Sequence record: MZ501268.1
DNA: 64,000 nucleotides
Direction: 5' to 3' (one strand)
How positions within the stretch are numbered: position 1 is the stretch's first letter; every line of letters starts with the position of its first letter. The notes under the pieces were generated by a model. The model saw nothing but the letters and a program-made list of their open reading frames with translations. It did no database searches and was not told the DNA's origin. Made by a program: the position numbers and the translations under genes. Below, piece by piece: positions 52,945 to 61,585 of the stretch.

Positions 52945-54286
52945 TCTTTATAATGAGATTGTGAGTATCGGGACCAAAGGCGGACGAAGCGTGTATCGCA
53001 TCAAAGCCGAGATCTTCTTTGATACCACAATCTGTTCAGTCTTTCGTATTCGTTCATTTAATCGCTTTGATGATTTCATGAACCAGTACAGCGAGGACTT
53101 GTCATTACAGGTGGCAATGTCAGAAGGGGTGTACAACCAACAGATCATCCCGAACGCTGACCGACTGAAGATGCACTTGATCATTAATAAGTACGTCACA
53201 GGTCAACCACCGGAATCCACGCGGTATACGTTTCGTGTGTTCCCAAAGACCGGCTATGATCCTCAGCTAACACAACAGCGTGCTGCAGACATTAACCAGA
53301 AGGCCGTGGCGGATACCTCGTTGCAGTTCTACGAGCTTCAGCTCTTCACTTCGGCAATGGAGCAGTTACGTGCGGTGCCTTGTGCAGGGATCTTCCCAAC
53401 CACCTCTCCGGCGGCATTGATCCGTGTGCTCCTGGGCGGTATCTCTGAAGGCTTGCAGCTTCCTCTGGAAGAGAAGCCGTTGGGGATGGAGATGTATCCG
53501 GTGGATGCCGTGACCCCAGATGGTAAAGAGATCATCAAGAACCATGTGGTGGTCAAGCCGATTCATCTGTGTGACCTTCCGGGGTATCTGCAGCATGAGT
53601 ACGGATTGTACAAGACAGCGATTGGGTCTTACTACCATAAGCAGTACTGGCATATCTGGCCGTTGTACAACACCAAGCGGTATGAACTGGTGCGTAACAA
53701 CCTGGTGATCGTCAATGTCCCGAAGGATAAGTTCCCAAGTATGGAACGGACCTACGAGATGCGTGGAACCAGTTTGTGTATCTTAGCGACCGGTGATACT
53801 GTTACTCATGATACGTCCAACCTGACTCAGTACCAAGACGGTAATGGCGTGCGTGCACAACGTTCTTCTTCGGTCAGTGGTGATGAGGGTATGGAGGTCA
53901 GTAAAGGGCAGGTGATGTTACAGCGCGGGGCAACCAACTCGGAGTTTGTGACATCCGATCGTAGGAGCGGTATCAACTACGCTCCGATGGCCGGAGAGAT
54001 CACCGACAACAGTTATCGCATCGTGTCAAAGAATGCTGCGAATACCGGAGCCACGATTCAGGTGACGTGGGAGAATGCTGATCCTGAACTGATCACCCCA
54101 GGGATGCCGATCAAGTACTTGTACATGAAAGACACCGGGGTTGAACAACGCTATGGAACCCTGCTAATGGCAGAAGCCCATTACCGTTTAGCCCAGGATG
54201 GACTGGCTGATGACTTGATGTTGTGTGATATGGCCCTGACCATCTTTATTGAGAATACCGATCAGACGTCGAACACATCGTTGTAA
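52925..54286 (+). CDS. Baseplate hub-like protein (gp101-like)
   Basis: 453 aa; QVTWENADPELITPGMP; synteny. Confidence 0.65.
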   Translation: MNLEKSSLYNEIVSIGTKGGRSVYRIKAEIFFDTTICSVFRIRSFNRFDDFMNQYSEDLSLQVAMSEGVYNQQIIPNADRLKMHLIINKYVTGQPPESTRYTFRVFPKTGYDPQLTQQRAADINQKAVADTSLQFYELQLFTSAMEQLRAVPCAGIFPTTSPAALIRVLLGGISEGLQLPLEEKPLGMEMYPVDAVTPDGKEIIKNHVVVKPIHLCDLPGYLQHEYGLYKTAIGSYYHKQYWHIWPLYNTKRYELVRNNLVIVNVPKDKFPSMERTYEMRGTSLCILATGDTVTHDTSNLTQYQDGNGVRAQRSSSVSGDEGMEVSKGQVMLQRGATNSEFVTSDRRSGINYAPMAGEITDNSYRIVSKNAANTGATIQVTWENADPELITPGMPIKYLYMKDTGVEQRYGTLLMAEAHYRLAQDGLADDLMLCDMALTIFIENTDQTSNTSL

Positions 54287-54297
54287 TTAATGACATT

Positions 54298-54340
54298 CAT
54301 CCCTAGTCCTATGAGCTAAAAAGCTCGTAGGCTAGGATGG
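54298..54340 (+). terminator. Terminator-like hairpin ending the structural block
   Basis: CATCCCTAG.CCTATGAGCT-AAAA-AGCTCGTAGG.CTAGGATG long stem. Confidence 0.6.
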
Positions 54341-54350
54341 ATTTATTTTC

Positions 54351-54363
54351 AAACCTACATTAC
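54351..54363 (+). promoter_or_regulatory. Candidate phage promoter AAACCTACATTAC
   Basis: Immediately after the hairpin, 35 nt before 54399. Confidence 0.55.
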
Positions 54364-54398
54364 GAAGCTGAATAAACATAATCAATAAGGACTTTATA

Positions 54399-55880
54399 AT
54401 GAGTCATAACTTCTCGTTGACTACCCTGATCAACTTATTGCAAGTTGAACTGGACTGGTATGCCGTGCACTTCCATTCACTGGAAAAGACTGCGAAAAAG
54501 CTGGTTGATGATTCAATTACCGGTAAGCTGATGTTAAACGATCTGAGTCGTATCATCGCCGACGTGAGTTTCCTGTACGGGATCAAACGCCTTGAGCCAC
54601 GTCAGATTCACCGTTTGACTGCTTATCTGCAGCCTGGCGGACATAACGGTGCGCGGTTTAACTACATACCGGGTCCTATCCAAAGTCTGGATGGTGTGTT
54701 TTACGACCGTCAGCCCAACCGTGATCTGATGACTGGGCAAGTAATCACTGCGATTCTAAACGACTCTGATTATACCTTGCTAGGTGATATCTACTCCTTT
54801 ATCAAATCAGGTCAACCTGATGTGCCGTGGTCAGGCGAGTATGAGAAGTATGATCGTTTGGTTGCGATCTTACGTGCCGCCCGTGTGCGTTATCCATCCG
54901 GTTTCCAGGCCCTGACTAAAGTGCCTCGGCTGACCGATGAGCTATCCACAGAGGTCTACCGTCAATTTGACGAGATCATCGGTGCGCTGGAAAAGATCAA
55001 CAGCGATAAGCAGTGGACTTCATCCAGTTATGATACCCACAATTTGATGGAATCATACACCTTCCGGGGAGGTGATAAAAATCCACAGCTTAGCCACGTG
55101 GTCAGAAAGGCCATTGATGGTGAACCAAACCCTGGCTGTGGTTTTGACGAAGATGATGACGGTGTTTTTGACGCACCGGTCTACAACCCAGAGACCGTTC
55201 TGGTCAAGAAGCTGGATGATGAAGGCAACCTTCAAGCGATTGTCAAAGCTATCGCCAGTGCGGTCCACACTAGAAATGACAATGGTTATCCGCAAAAGTA
55301 TGCGCTGGCCCCGTCGTTAGCAACCGTCAACCCGGGTTACTTCGACGGCCTGACGCGAGATCACCTGAAGCAGATCTACGCCGACGATATAAATGAAGTT
55401 AACCTTCATCGCATATTGCGGGGCGTGAAGTATTATTCTCTGCAGGGATGCACCACCGGTATTGATGGTGACGGTCGCGTTGAAGATCGTCAGTTCAACC
55501 CGGTTTTGGATCATCGTGATCATGAAGGCAATCTTCGGTTGCCGATTAACAGAGGATCAATGCCGGTCGAGATGAACACCGTGGTTGATTTCGATGTTAT
55601 TGCCAAATCCCCTCAGACGTATCGCACCGGGCCAAGCTATCTTGCCTGCTTAATCGATATTGTCTTCTTTGCCTTTGGTAATGGTAATATCTGGCGCCGT
55701 AAAGTCAGTCGTATTAAAAGTGTACCACTGCGTCACGTATGGGAACTCCCATTGATCGTGAATCCACACAAAACCATTGAAGAGATCTTCGCTGATCTTG
55801 GTTATGAACTTTTGGAGAAAAGTGAACCAAATGCCAAACCAGAGCCTGCAGTTCGAAAACCTGCTGGAAAGCGTAAATGA
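54399..55880 (+). CDS. Hypothetical protein
   Basis: 493 aa; AAGGA RBS; no motif recognised. Confidence 0.75.
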   Translation: MSHNFSLTTLINLLQVELDWYAVHFHSLEKTAKKLVDDSITGKLMLNDLSRIIADVSFLYGIKRLEPRQIHRLTAYLQPGGHNGARFNYIPGPIQSLDGVFYDRQPNRDLMTGQVITAILNDSDYTLLGDIYSFIKSGQPDVPWSGEYEKYDRLVAILRAARVRYPSGFQALTKVPRLTDELSTEVYRQFDEIIGALEKINSDKQWTSSSYDTHNLMESYTFRGGDKNPQLSHVVRKAIDGEPNPGCGFDEDDDGVFDAPVYNPETVLVKKLDDEGNLQAIVKAIASAVHTRNDNGYPQKYALAPSLATVNPGYFDGLTRDHLKQIYADDINEVNLHRILRGVKYYSLQGCTTGIDGDGRVEDRQFNPVLDHRDHEGNLRLPINRGSMPVEMNTVVDFDVIAKSPQTYRTGPSYLACLIDIVFFAFGNGNIWRRKVSRIKSVPLRHVWELPLIVNPHKTIEEIFADLGYELLEKSEPNAKPEPAVRKPAGKRK

Positions 55881-56229
55881 TTTCGCTAACCAATTAGGTC
55901 AGGTGGCTGGATTAACCGAAGGCTTTGACGGGGGCGTAAAACGCCCCTATCTTGCATTCGCTCTTCACATGCTTCTGTCTTCAGAAGCATCGAAGCGTTT
56001 AGGTGCCGGTTGGTACCTTTTGGTTATCCGGTCGATCGTCAGTGAAATTGAATACGAGTTCACCACCACGGATGAGTTCGATGATTTCGTTGACAAGTTC
56101 TTCAGTTTGTTTGAAGAGCACAACATCCAGTTAGACGAAGCGGTCATCAACGAGTTGGACATCGCTTTTGACATGTACGACCAATCCCTTGATCTGGTTG
56201 ATACCAACACAGATTCTTTTGACAACTAA
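55831..56229 (+). CDS. Acidic hypothetical protein
   Basis: Fills the gap between neighbours; start uncertain. Confidence 0.55.
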   Translation: MPNQSLQFENLLESVNDFANQLGQVAGLTEGFDGGVKRPYLAFALHMLLSSEASKRLGAGWYLLVIRSIVSEIEYEFTTTDEFDDFVDKFFSLFEEHNIQLDEAVINELDIAFDMYDQSLDLVDTNTDSFDN

Positions 56230-56257
56230 CAGCGTATTAATTTAACCGAGACGTAAA

Positions 56258-56479
56258 ATGAAGAAAACAATCCTGCTGTCATTAGTGCTACTTTCCCCTT
56301 TTATATCTGCGCGTGCATCAATGGATGTACCGCCTGATCCGTACAGTATCCAGTGCCTGTCAGAGACAGAGTGCTTTTATGCCAATGGTCGTAAGGTGAC
56401 TGAGGAAGAACTCAAGAAGCTTGCGGTCCTGATCCAACAAGAGGAACAGAATGAGTCTCATGAAAACAATGACGGCTGA
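56258..56479 (+). CDS. Small exported protein
   Basis: Signal-like MKKTILLSLVLLSPFISARA; Cys pair CLSETEC. Confidence 0.6.
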   Translation: MKKTILLSLVLLSPFISARASMDVPPDPYSIQCLSETECFYANGRKVTEEELKKLAVLIQQEEQNESHENNDG

Positions 56480-57212
56480 GGACGTCAGAAAGGCAATGTG
56501 GGTTTATGACCAAAAGATTAGCCGTCATCGTGGGCTGTATGTAGTCTTTGAAGGTCCGGACGGTTCCGGTAAATCCACCCTGAGCAAGAACACAACTGAA
56601 TGGCTGGGTAATGAACTTGGTGGTACTGGGGTTATTGCAACGCGAGAGATGGGCGGTACAGCACAAGGTGCAACTTTCCGTCAGATGGTACTGTTCCCAA
56701 AAGAAACCCAATCACTTGACCTGCAGACCGAAACGCTGCTCTGTTGGGCTGACCGGGTAGAAGGCCAGAAACAAGTAAAAGAATGGCTCGATGCAGGCAT
56801 TGCCGTTGTCCAGGACCGCACGTATTTTTCAACCTACGCTTACCAAGGTATGCTCTTCGGGCAAACGCCCTTGGTAAACAAGGTTCATACGGGCCTGAAC
56901 ATCATGAACGCCGATATGGTGTTTGTGCTGGATGTTAATCCAGAGACAATCATTGAGCGTGTGGGTCGCCGGGTAGTAAAAGGTGAAGAAGATCCGGTGG
57001 GTAATGATCGGATGGATACCATGACTGATATCCAATTAAAGAATCTGTGTCATTATTACCAGGGGATTGAATATAACCTGCCTGAGTGTGCACGCGTTCA
57101 TGAGTCAGCGGTGATTCACCTCGATGGAACACTTCCACAGGACAAACTGCTGGAACAGGTGATTGCGCACGTGAACCGTTTCCTGGATAAAAAGGAACAT
57201 GAAGCCAAATGA
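56451..57212 (+). CDS. tmk: Thymidylate (dTMP) kinase
   Basis: VFEGPDGSGKST P-loop, TREMGGT, ADR and DRTYFSTYAYQG. Confidence 0.92.
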   Translation: MSLMKTMTAEDVRKAMWVYDQKISRHRGLYVVFEGPDGSGKSTLSKNTTEWLGNELGGTGVIATREMGGTAQGATFRQMVLFPKETQSLDLQTETLLCWADRVEGQKQVKEWLDAGIAVVQDRTYFSTYAYQGMLFGQTPLVNKVHTGLNIMNADMVFVLDVNPETIIERVGRRVVKGEEDPVGNDRMDTMTDIQLKNLCHYYQGIEYNLPECARVHESAVIHLDGTLPQDKLLEQVIAHVNRFLDKKEHEAK

Positions 57213-57520
57213 CTTCCCTTGTGATGTTCGCCAATATCAATGAACCACTGTTGACCAAACTGAAAGAGCATCACGATACTGTGGATCTCGATTGGATAAC
57301 CGCCCAAGGTGCCATGGTCAGTCAGTTGCAGAAGAACGTGGTCCGTGCAACCCATGATGATGGCGCTGCAATCCATGTGGTGGTATTCCCGCGTGAGTTC
57401 CAGGTGGAAGCACCGAATAAACGTACCGACCCTCAGCATGTCGCCTGGGTGGCTGAGTGCAAGGTAAAACCGTTTAAAGAGCATTATGCTCACGGCGATA
57501 CGAGCGTGTACGTGTTTTAA
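57209..57520 (+). CDS. Hypothetical protein
   Basis: 103 aa; ATGA overlap with tmk. Confidence 0.6.
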   Translation: MTSLVMFANINEPLLTKLKEHHDTVDLDWITAQGAMVSQLQKNVVRATHDDGAAIHVVVFPREFQVEAPNKRTDPQHVAWVAECKVKPFKEHYAHGDTSVYVF

Positions 57521-57529
57521 CTTTAAGAT

Positions 57530-57560
57530 GGGGTAAGGTAATACTTACCCCGCTTATGCC
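57530..57560 (+). terminator. Hairpin
   Basis: GGGGTAAG/CTTACCCC stem then TATGCC. Confidence 0.55.
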
Positions 57561-57586
57561 AACTTAATTTAATCGGGACGTATGAA

Positions 57587-57997
57587 ATGAAATTAGGCTA
57601 TTATTACGGTTTAGTAAAGAACCATGTATCAGGCATGCGTGAAGTACTGAAGGTTCAACGCCAGTCTGTGGCAGAAACGTTCCCAGCGTGTTATACGCGA
57701 CTTTGTCAGGAGATTGAGGAAAGACATGCGGGTAAGTATGAAACCTCAGCTCTGGCTTTTGGAGAGCTTAAAATCGAGTACTACTCCAAGTCACTCACTG
57801 GCAATGTCTTTATTGGCCACACCAAGGTCGGTTTTATTACTCCGAAGCCAACCTTGATCTCTGTAGGCTGCGACTTCCCTGTTATGACAATCTATCTGTC
57901 CCCACCGCCAAGTATGCAGATTGGGGATGCGGAATTAATCCAGCTGCGTGACATTGTGGCTGAAGTCATTGGCGATGCAACCTGGGTGATGAAATGA
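57587..57997 (+). CDS. Hypothetical protein
   Basis: 136 aa; coupled to the next gene. Confidence 0.6.
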   Translation: MKLGYYYGLVKNHVSGMREVLKVQRQSVAETFPACYTRLCQEIEERHAGKYETSALAFGELKIEYYSKSLTGNVFIGHTKVGFITPKPTLISVGCDFPVMTIYLSPPPSMQIGDAELIQLRDIVAEVIGDATWVMK

Positions 57998-58467
57998 AAC
58001 GGTTTTACGCACAACCCGAAACAGTTTATAACGCGTTTAAAGAACGGGCCGACAACACAGTCAGGGACCACCTTGATTGTATCGATGAAGACATTCGTCG
58101 TGTGGTGGTTGAACTTAACCAGCTTGATGGCGTAGCGCCAGTATGGAGCTGTGCCTCCCATCCGGAAACTCGTCGAGTCGCTGATCGTAAACTGCATGTT
58201 ATTTGTGCAGTAAATGACACTGGTGCTGAGATGCTCGATAAGGTGTACCAGGAATGGACACGTATTCTTATCGACCACATGGCATTTCATTTACCTAATC
58301 TGGGGATCGTAAGACTGGAGCTACCATTATCCGATGGGTCATCTGAACCGGTAGAGGACCGGCTGTACTATGCAGTGGAACTAAAGGTTGAACGCGTTCC
58401 CACTAAGAAATTTAAACGTGGTATGCTTATTTCGTTAGAAGAAGCTATTCGCAACGTATCATTTTAA
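57994..58467 (+). CDS. TYW3-like protein, paralog A
   Basis: IDEDIRRVVVELNQLDGVAPVWSCASHPE. Confidence 0.6.
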   Translation: MKRFYAQPETVYNAFKERADNTVRDHLDCIDEDIRRVVVELNQLDGVAPVWSCASHPETRRVADRKLHVICAVNDTGAEMLDKVYQEWTRILIDHMAFHLPNLGIVRLELPLSDGSSEPVEDRLYYAVELKVERVPTKKFKRGMLISLEEAIRNVSF

Positions 58468-58470
58468 GAG

Positions 58471-58995
58471 GTGGGTATGTTTAATATTGCGATCGAGTCA
58501 GAAGAGACCCTGGCATTATACAAGCGACGTGCTGATAAATCACTAACGGAAATACGTGACCAGATTGATCCGGGTATTCTTCCGATTGTGGATCTGTTGA
58601 ATACTTTCCCTGGATTGGCTCCGGTGTGGAGTTGTGAATCGCACCCAGAGAAGAGTTCGCCTGCAGATGCCTATGTGACCTGCGTGGTAAATAAGCAAGG
58701 TATGGAGCACCTTGAATCAATCTATATTGCATGGATCGCTATTCTTGATCGGCAACACCGCATGTACCCACAGATGATCGAAGGATCACCTGGTGAATGC
58801 AAGTCCCAGAGAAACCCGTACTACGTTGCCCCCTGGCAGGTCTTTGTTCGTTTGAATCGTTTGGCAATGCGTCGTGATCCAAGCCGAACTTACATGGCAG
58901 TCAAGATCGGTTATCATCGTGCTAATTCAATGAATAAAGAACATGTGTTGAAAACGTTCACCGATGCAGTACAAACTGTTAAAGATAAGATTTAA
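58471..58995 (+). CDS. TYW3-like protein, paralog B
   Basis: IDPGILPIVDLLNTFPGLAPVWSCESHPE; GAGG RBS. Confidence 0.6.
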   Translation: MGMFNIAIESEETLALYKRRADKSLTEIRDQIDPGILPIVDLLNTFPGLAPVWSCESHPEKSSPADAYVTCVVNKQGMEHLESIYIAWIAILDRQHRMYPQMIEGSPGECKSQRNPYYVAPWQVFVRLNRLAMRRDPSRTYMAVKIGYHRANSMNKEHVLKTFTDAVQTVKDKI

Positions 58996-58997
58996 TC

Positions 58998-59062
58998 GGC
59001 ATAACCCCCTGAGAGAGAAGCGCGATGCTTCTCTCTCAGGGATGCCCGAATCTTTTTTTTTT
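58998..59062 (+). terminator. Intrinsic terminator
   Basis: CCCTGAGAGAGAAGC/GCTTCTCTCTCAGGG 15-bp stem, GGCAT/ATGCC flanks and a T-run. Confidence 0.85.
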
Positions 59063-59174
59063 AGTCATGTTAGTGGATTGAGAATATAAGTTAATTACAA
59101 AAAATAAAACAAATGAATATCTGCCGGTTAGGGCCAAAGCATGTGGTTCTAATTTTCAGGCACGTAGCCTAGAG

Positions 59175-59210
59175 AAAAAAAGGAGGAAGCAGCTATCCAG
59201 TTACTTCCTC
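59175..59210 (-). terminator. Terminator for the helicase gene
   Basis: Minus strand GAGGAAG...CTTCCTC then C and T7. Confidence 0.65.
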
Positions 59211-59251
59211 AAAAACGTTATTTCTCGTTGTCCCCATTCTGGGACATAGTA

Positions 59252-60784
59252 TTACCCAAACCAAGGAGCTCCGCCACCGTCTGCATTTGTCTCGCCGGCT
59301 ACGTGCTTACGTGATTTGTCCTTACCGTTCACATCATCAAGAATCCCCACACCAGGTTCAAACTTGTAGACGCAATATTTATCGCGCTCGGGTGTAATCG
59401 AAATGGTACGATGCTTACCGCGTTGAATACACAGGTAGGCCTCTTCACCAATACGGACAATATGGATAATCATCTCAACATCGACTTCTTGGTCAATCTT
59501 GGTACAGTTATCCCAATAACCTTTGTTAGCTGTTTCGCGAGGGAGATCTTCTTCGAGACCATTTCGCACAAGCATCTTCGCAGCAGGACTCAACTGATGC
59601 GGGGTAATCACACAGATACCACGGGCAGAAGTAAAGTTACGGACGCGACGGAAGAGATCACGGTACTCTTGACCCGCTACACCTTTCTCGCAACCTTCCT
59701 TACTGAACATCCCCAGGTAGTCAATGGTTAATAGATGAATCTCATAGCCCATGTTCTCAAAGTGCTTGATACGCTCAAAGAGATTACGGTAGCCGAACTG
59801 AGATGGGTTGACACGACAGAAGTTAACTTCATAGCCATTAACCGACAACGCCTTCATGACTTCTTGGGCAGCTTCGGCTTCATCTACAGTCTGGTGGTTA
59901 TGATCCAGGCCATCAATGTTCGCTTTAATCTTCTTCCACCACAGAACCATGTTATCGGTCATGTTGTTTTCAGAAGAGATGTGCATGATCATCGGCTTCT
60001 TACGCGGATCACGCATATACGGTTTATTGAAGGTTGCGATCTGACGAGTCAGGTCCATGGTGAAGCCAGTCTTGTTATTGTGCTGCAATGCGCCAATCAA
60101 GACAAACTCACTACGCCTGAATCCTCCGACCTCACCCAGCATACGGTTAATGCCGGTATAACCTGTTTTCAATACACCCAGAGTCGATGACTCTTCTTTG
60201 GCTTGCTTGAAGATCTTTCCAACTTCTTCCAGGTTACTGACCGTAACGTCTGAGATTACCGCTGGGTCGAATTGTTCAGAGACACCGATGTTTACTGTTT
60301 CAATCTCTTCTAAGAGTTTGACAACGGCGGTATCCATGTCAATGTCTTCGCCACCAAAGATGATGGGTGCAGCAAAACGTTTAATGATCGCTTTCGCACG
60401 ACGGTGCTGATCCCACTTACGCAGTTCACGCCCAATCCCCACGACTGACTGCTTTGCTCGGTATGGGTCGTCTTCGGTGCTGCTGACACCCATCTCTAGA
60501 GCTTGGTAAGTTGCCGTGTCTTGACCACAGTCAGTTAACAAGCGTTGAAGCAAATCAGTTTTGTCCAGCGTTTGGTTTTTAGGGCGGTTAATCAACCAAC
60601 GAATAGTGCGTCGTAAAGCCAGCTGTACGCTGCGAGATTCATCGTCACCAATTCCCTCAACAGGGGCGGGGATGTTCTCTAAAAGCTCGTCGACAAACTC
60701 ACTACTGTCGTCGTGGTCAGTACCAACAATAGACTCTTGAAAAAATAACGTAATAATCTTTATGAGTAATAGATTGGTTTCCAT
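59252..60784 (-). CDS. dnaB: DnaB-like replicative helicase (gp118-like)
   Basis: LKTGYTGINRMLG, Walker A variant GALQHNNKT, ISSEN, IDYLGM, PHQLS and KIDQEVD; ATG 60784 follows GAGGGG. Confidence 0.88.
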   Translation of the reverse strand: METNLLLIKIITLFFQESIVGTDHDDSSEFVDELLENIPAPVEGIGDDESRSVQLALRRTIRWLINRPKNQTLDKTDLLQRLLTDCGQDTATYQALEMGVSSTEDDPYRAKQSVVGIGRELRKWDQHRRAKAIIKRFAAPIIFGGEDIDMDTAVVKLLEEIETVNIGVSEQFDPAVISDVTVSNLEEVGKIFKQAKEESSTLGVLKTGYTGINRMLGEVGGFRRSEFVLIGALQHNNKTGFTMDLTRQIATFNKPYMRDPRKKPMIMHISSENNMTDNMVLWWKKIKANIDGLDHNHQTVDEAEAAQEVMKALSVNGYEVNFCRVNPSQFGYRNLFERIKHFENMGYEIHLLTIDYLGMFSKEGCEKGVAGQEYRDLFRRVRNFTSARGICVITPHQLSPAAKMLVRNGLEEDLPRETANKGYWDNCTKIDQEVDVEMIIHIVRIGEEAYLCIQRGKHRTISITPERDKYCVYKFEPGVGILDDVNGKDKSRKHVAGETNADGGGAPWFG

Positions 60785-60813
60785 TATGCCCCTCGTTATA
60801 AGGTGAATTGACC

Positions 60814-61443
60814 ATGTACAAAGAAAAGTTGGTGTTTGTGCCAGCGCCAATCCTTCGGGCTATTCACAATGCCAAAGAAAGTGAAGCGATTTTAACGTGT
60901 CCTGAAAGAATGCTTTCCATATTATCCAGACGCGATGTCATTTTCTACTTCGTTGTGAACACACTGCTTTGTGACTATTCCTATAAAGCAGACCCGAACA
61001 ATCCTGAACCGCCTTTAGTGGCAGCACTCCGGGATCTTGCCAGACATACCATCGGCGTAATGGATGCCTTTACCTCACCGAGTTGGGTGAAGTTCCTCCA
61101 GGACAACGATGTGGATATAAAAAGCGAGCATCAACTCAAAGCGCGTAGTATCTATGAGTACCTTACTGGCGAACCATACGCATGGAATGCTACGGAAGGT
61201 GATGATTCGTTAGCTTATATCTATGACACCCAGGCGAAAGTTGTCGGGGGCGATACCGTTGCAGTGTTCATTAATGCTGTGAAGGATAACGACAGTTACA
61301 ATATCATCAGTCATCAACGTTTATTTGAACAAACCATTCTGGCGTTCACTACACTGACAGCAGATACAAAGAGCTTTTTCTCTCTGTATAAAGGCTATTG
61401 TGAGCTGATCTACCAAAACTCGTTAATCCGACGTTTTGCGTAA
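60814..61443 (+). CDS. gp119-like protein
   Basis: ATG 60814 follows AGGTGA; lies between DnaB and the capsid gene as in phiKZ. Confidence 0.65.
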   Translation: MYKEKLVFVPAPILRAIHNAKESEAILTCPERMLSILSRRDVIFYFVVNTLLCDYSYKADPNNPEPPLVAALRDLARHTIGVMDAFTSPSWVKFLQDNDVDIKSEHQLKARSIYEYLTGEPYAWNATEGDDSLAYIYDTQAKVVGGDTVAVFINAVKDNDSYNIISHQRLFEQTILAFTTLTADTKSFFSLYKGYCELIYQNSLIRRFA

Positions 61444-61585
61444 GAATCTATGTAATAGTATGTAAATTGCCATTTCGATGGCGGCGTACTGTTATGACCG
61501 TGTGTTAGCGCGACACAACCCCCTGTTTATGTACATAGACAGGTAATATCGAAAACTTATATAAGTTATTGAAGGAAACTACGAA

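Noticed and set aside
59063-59251. Non-coding gap considered as an sRNA, tRNA or 19-aa ORF (59113)
   Set aside because: No cloverleaf or RBS; explained as spacer between two convergent terminators.
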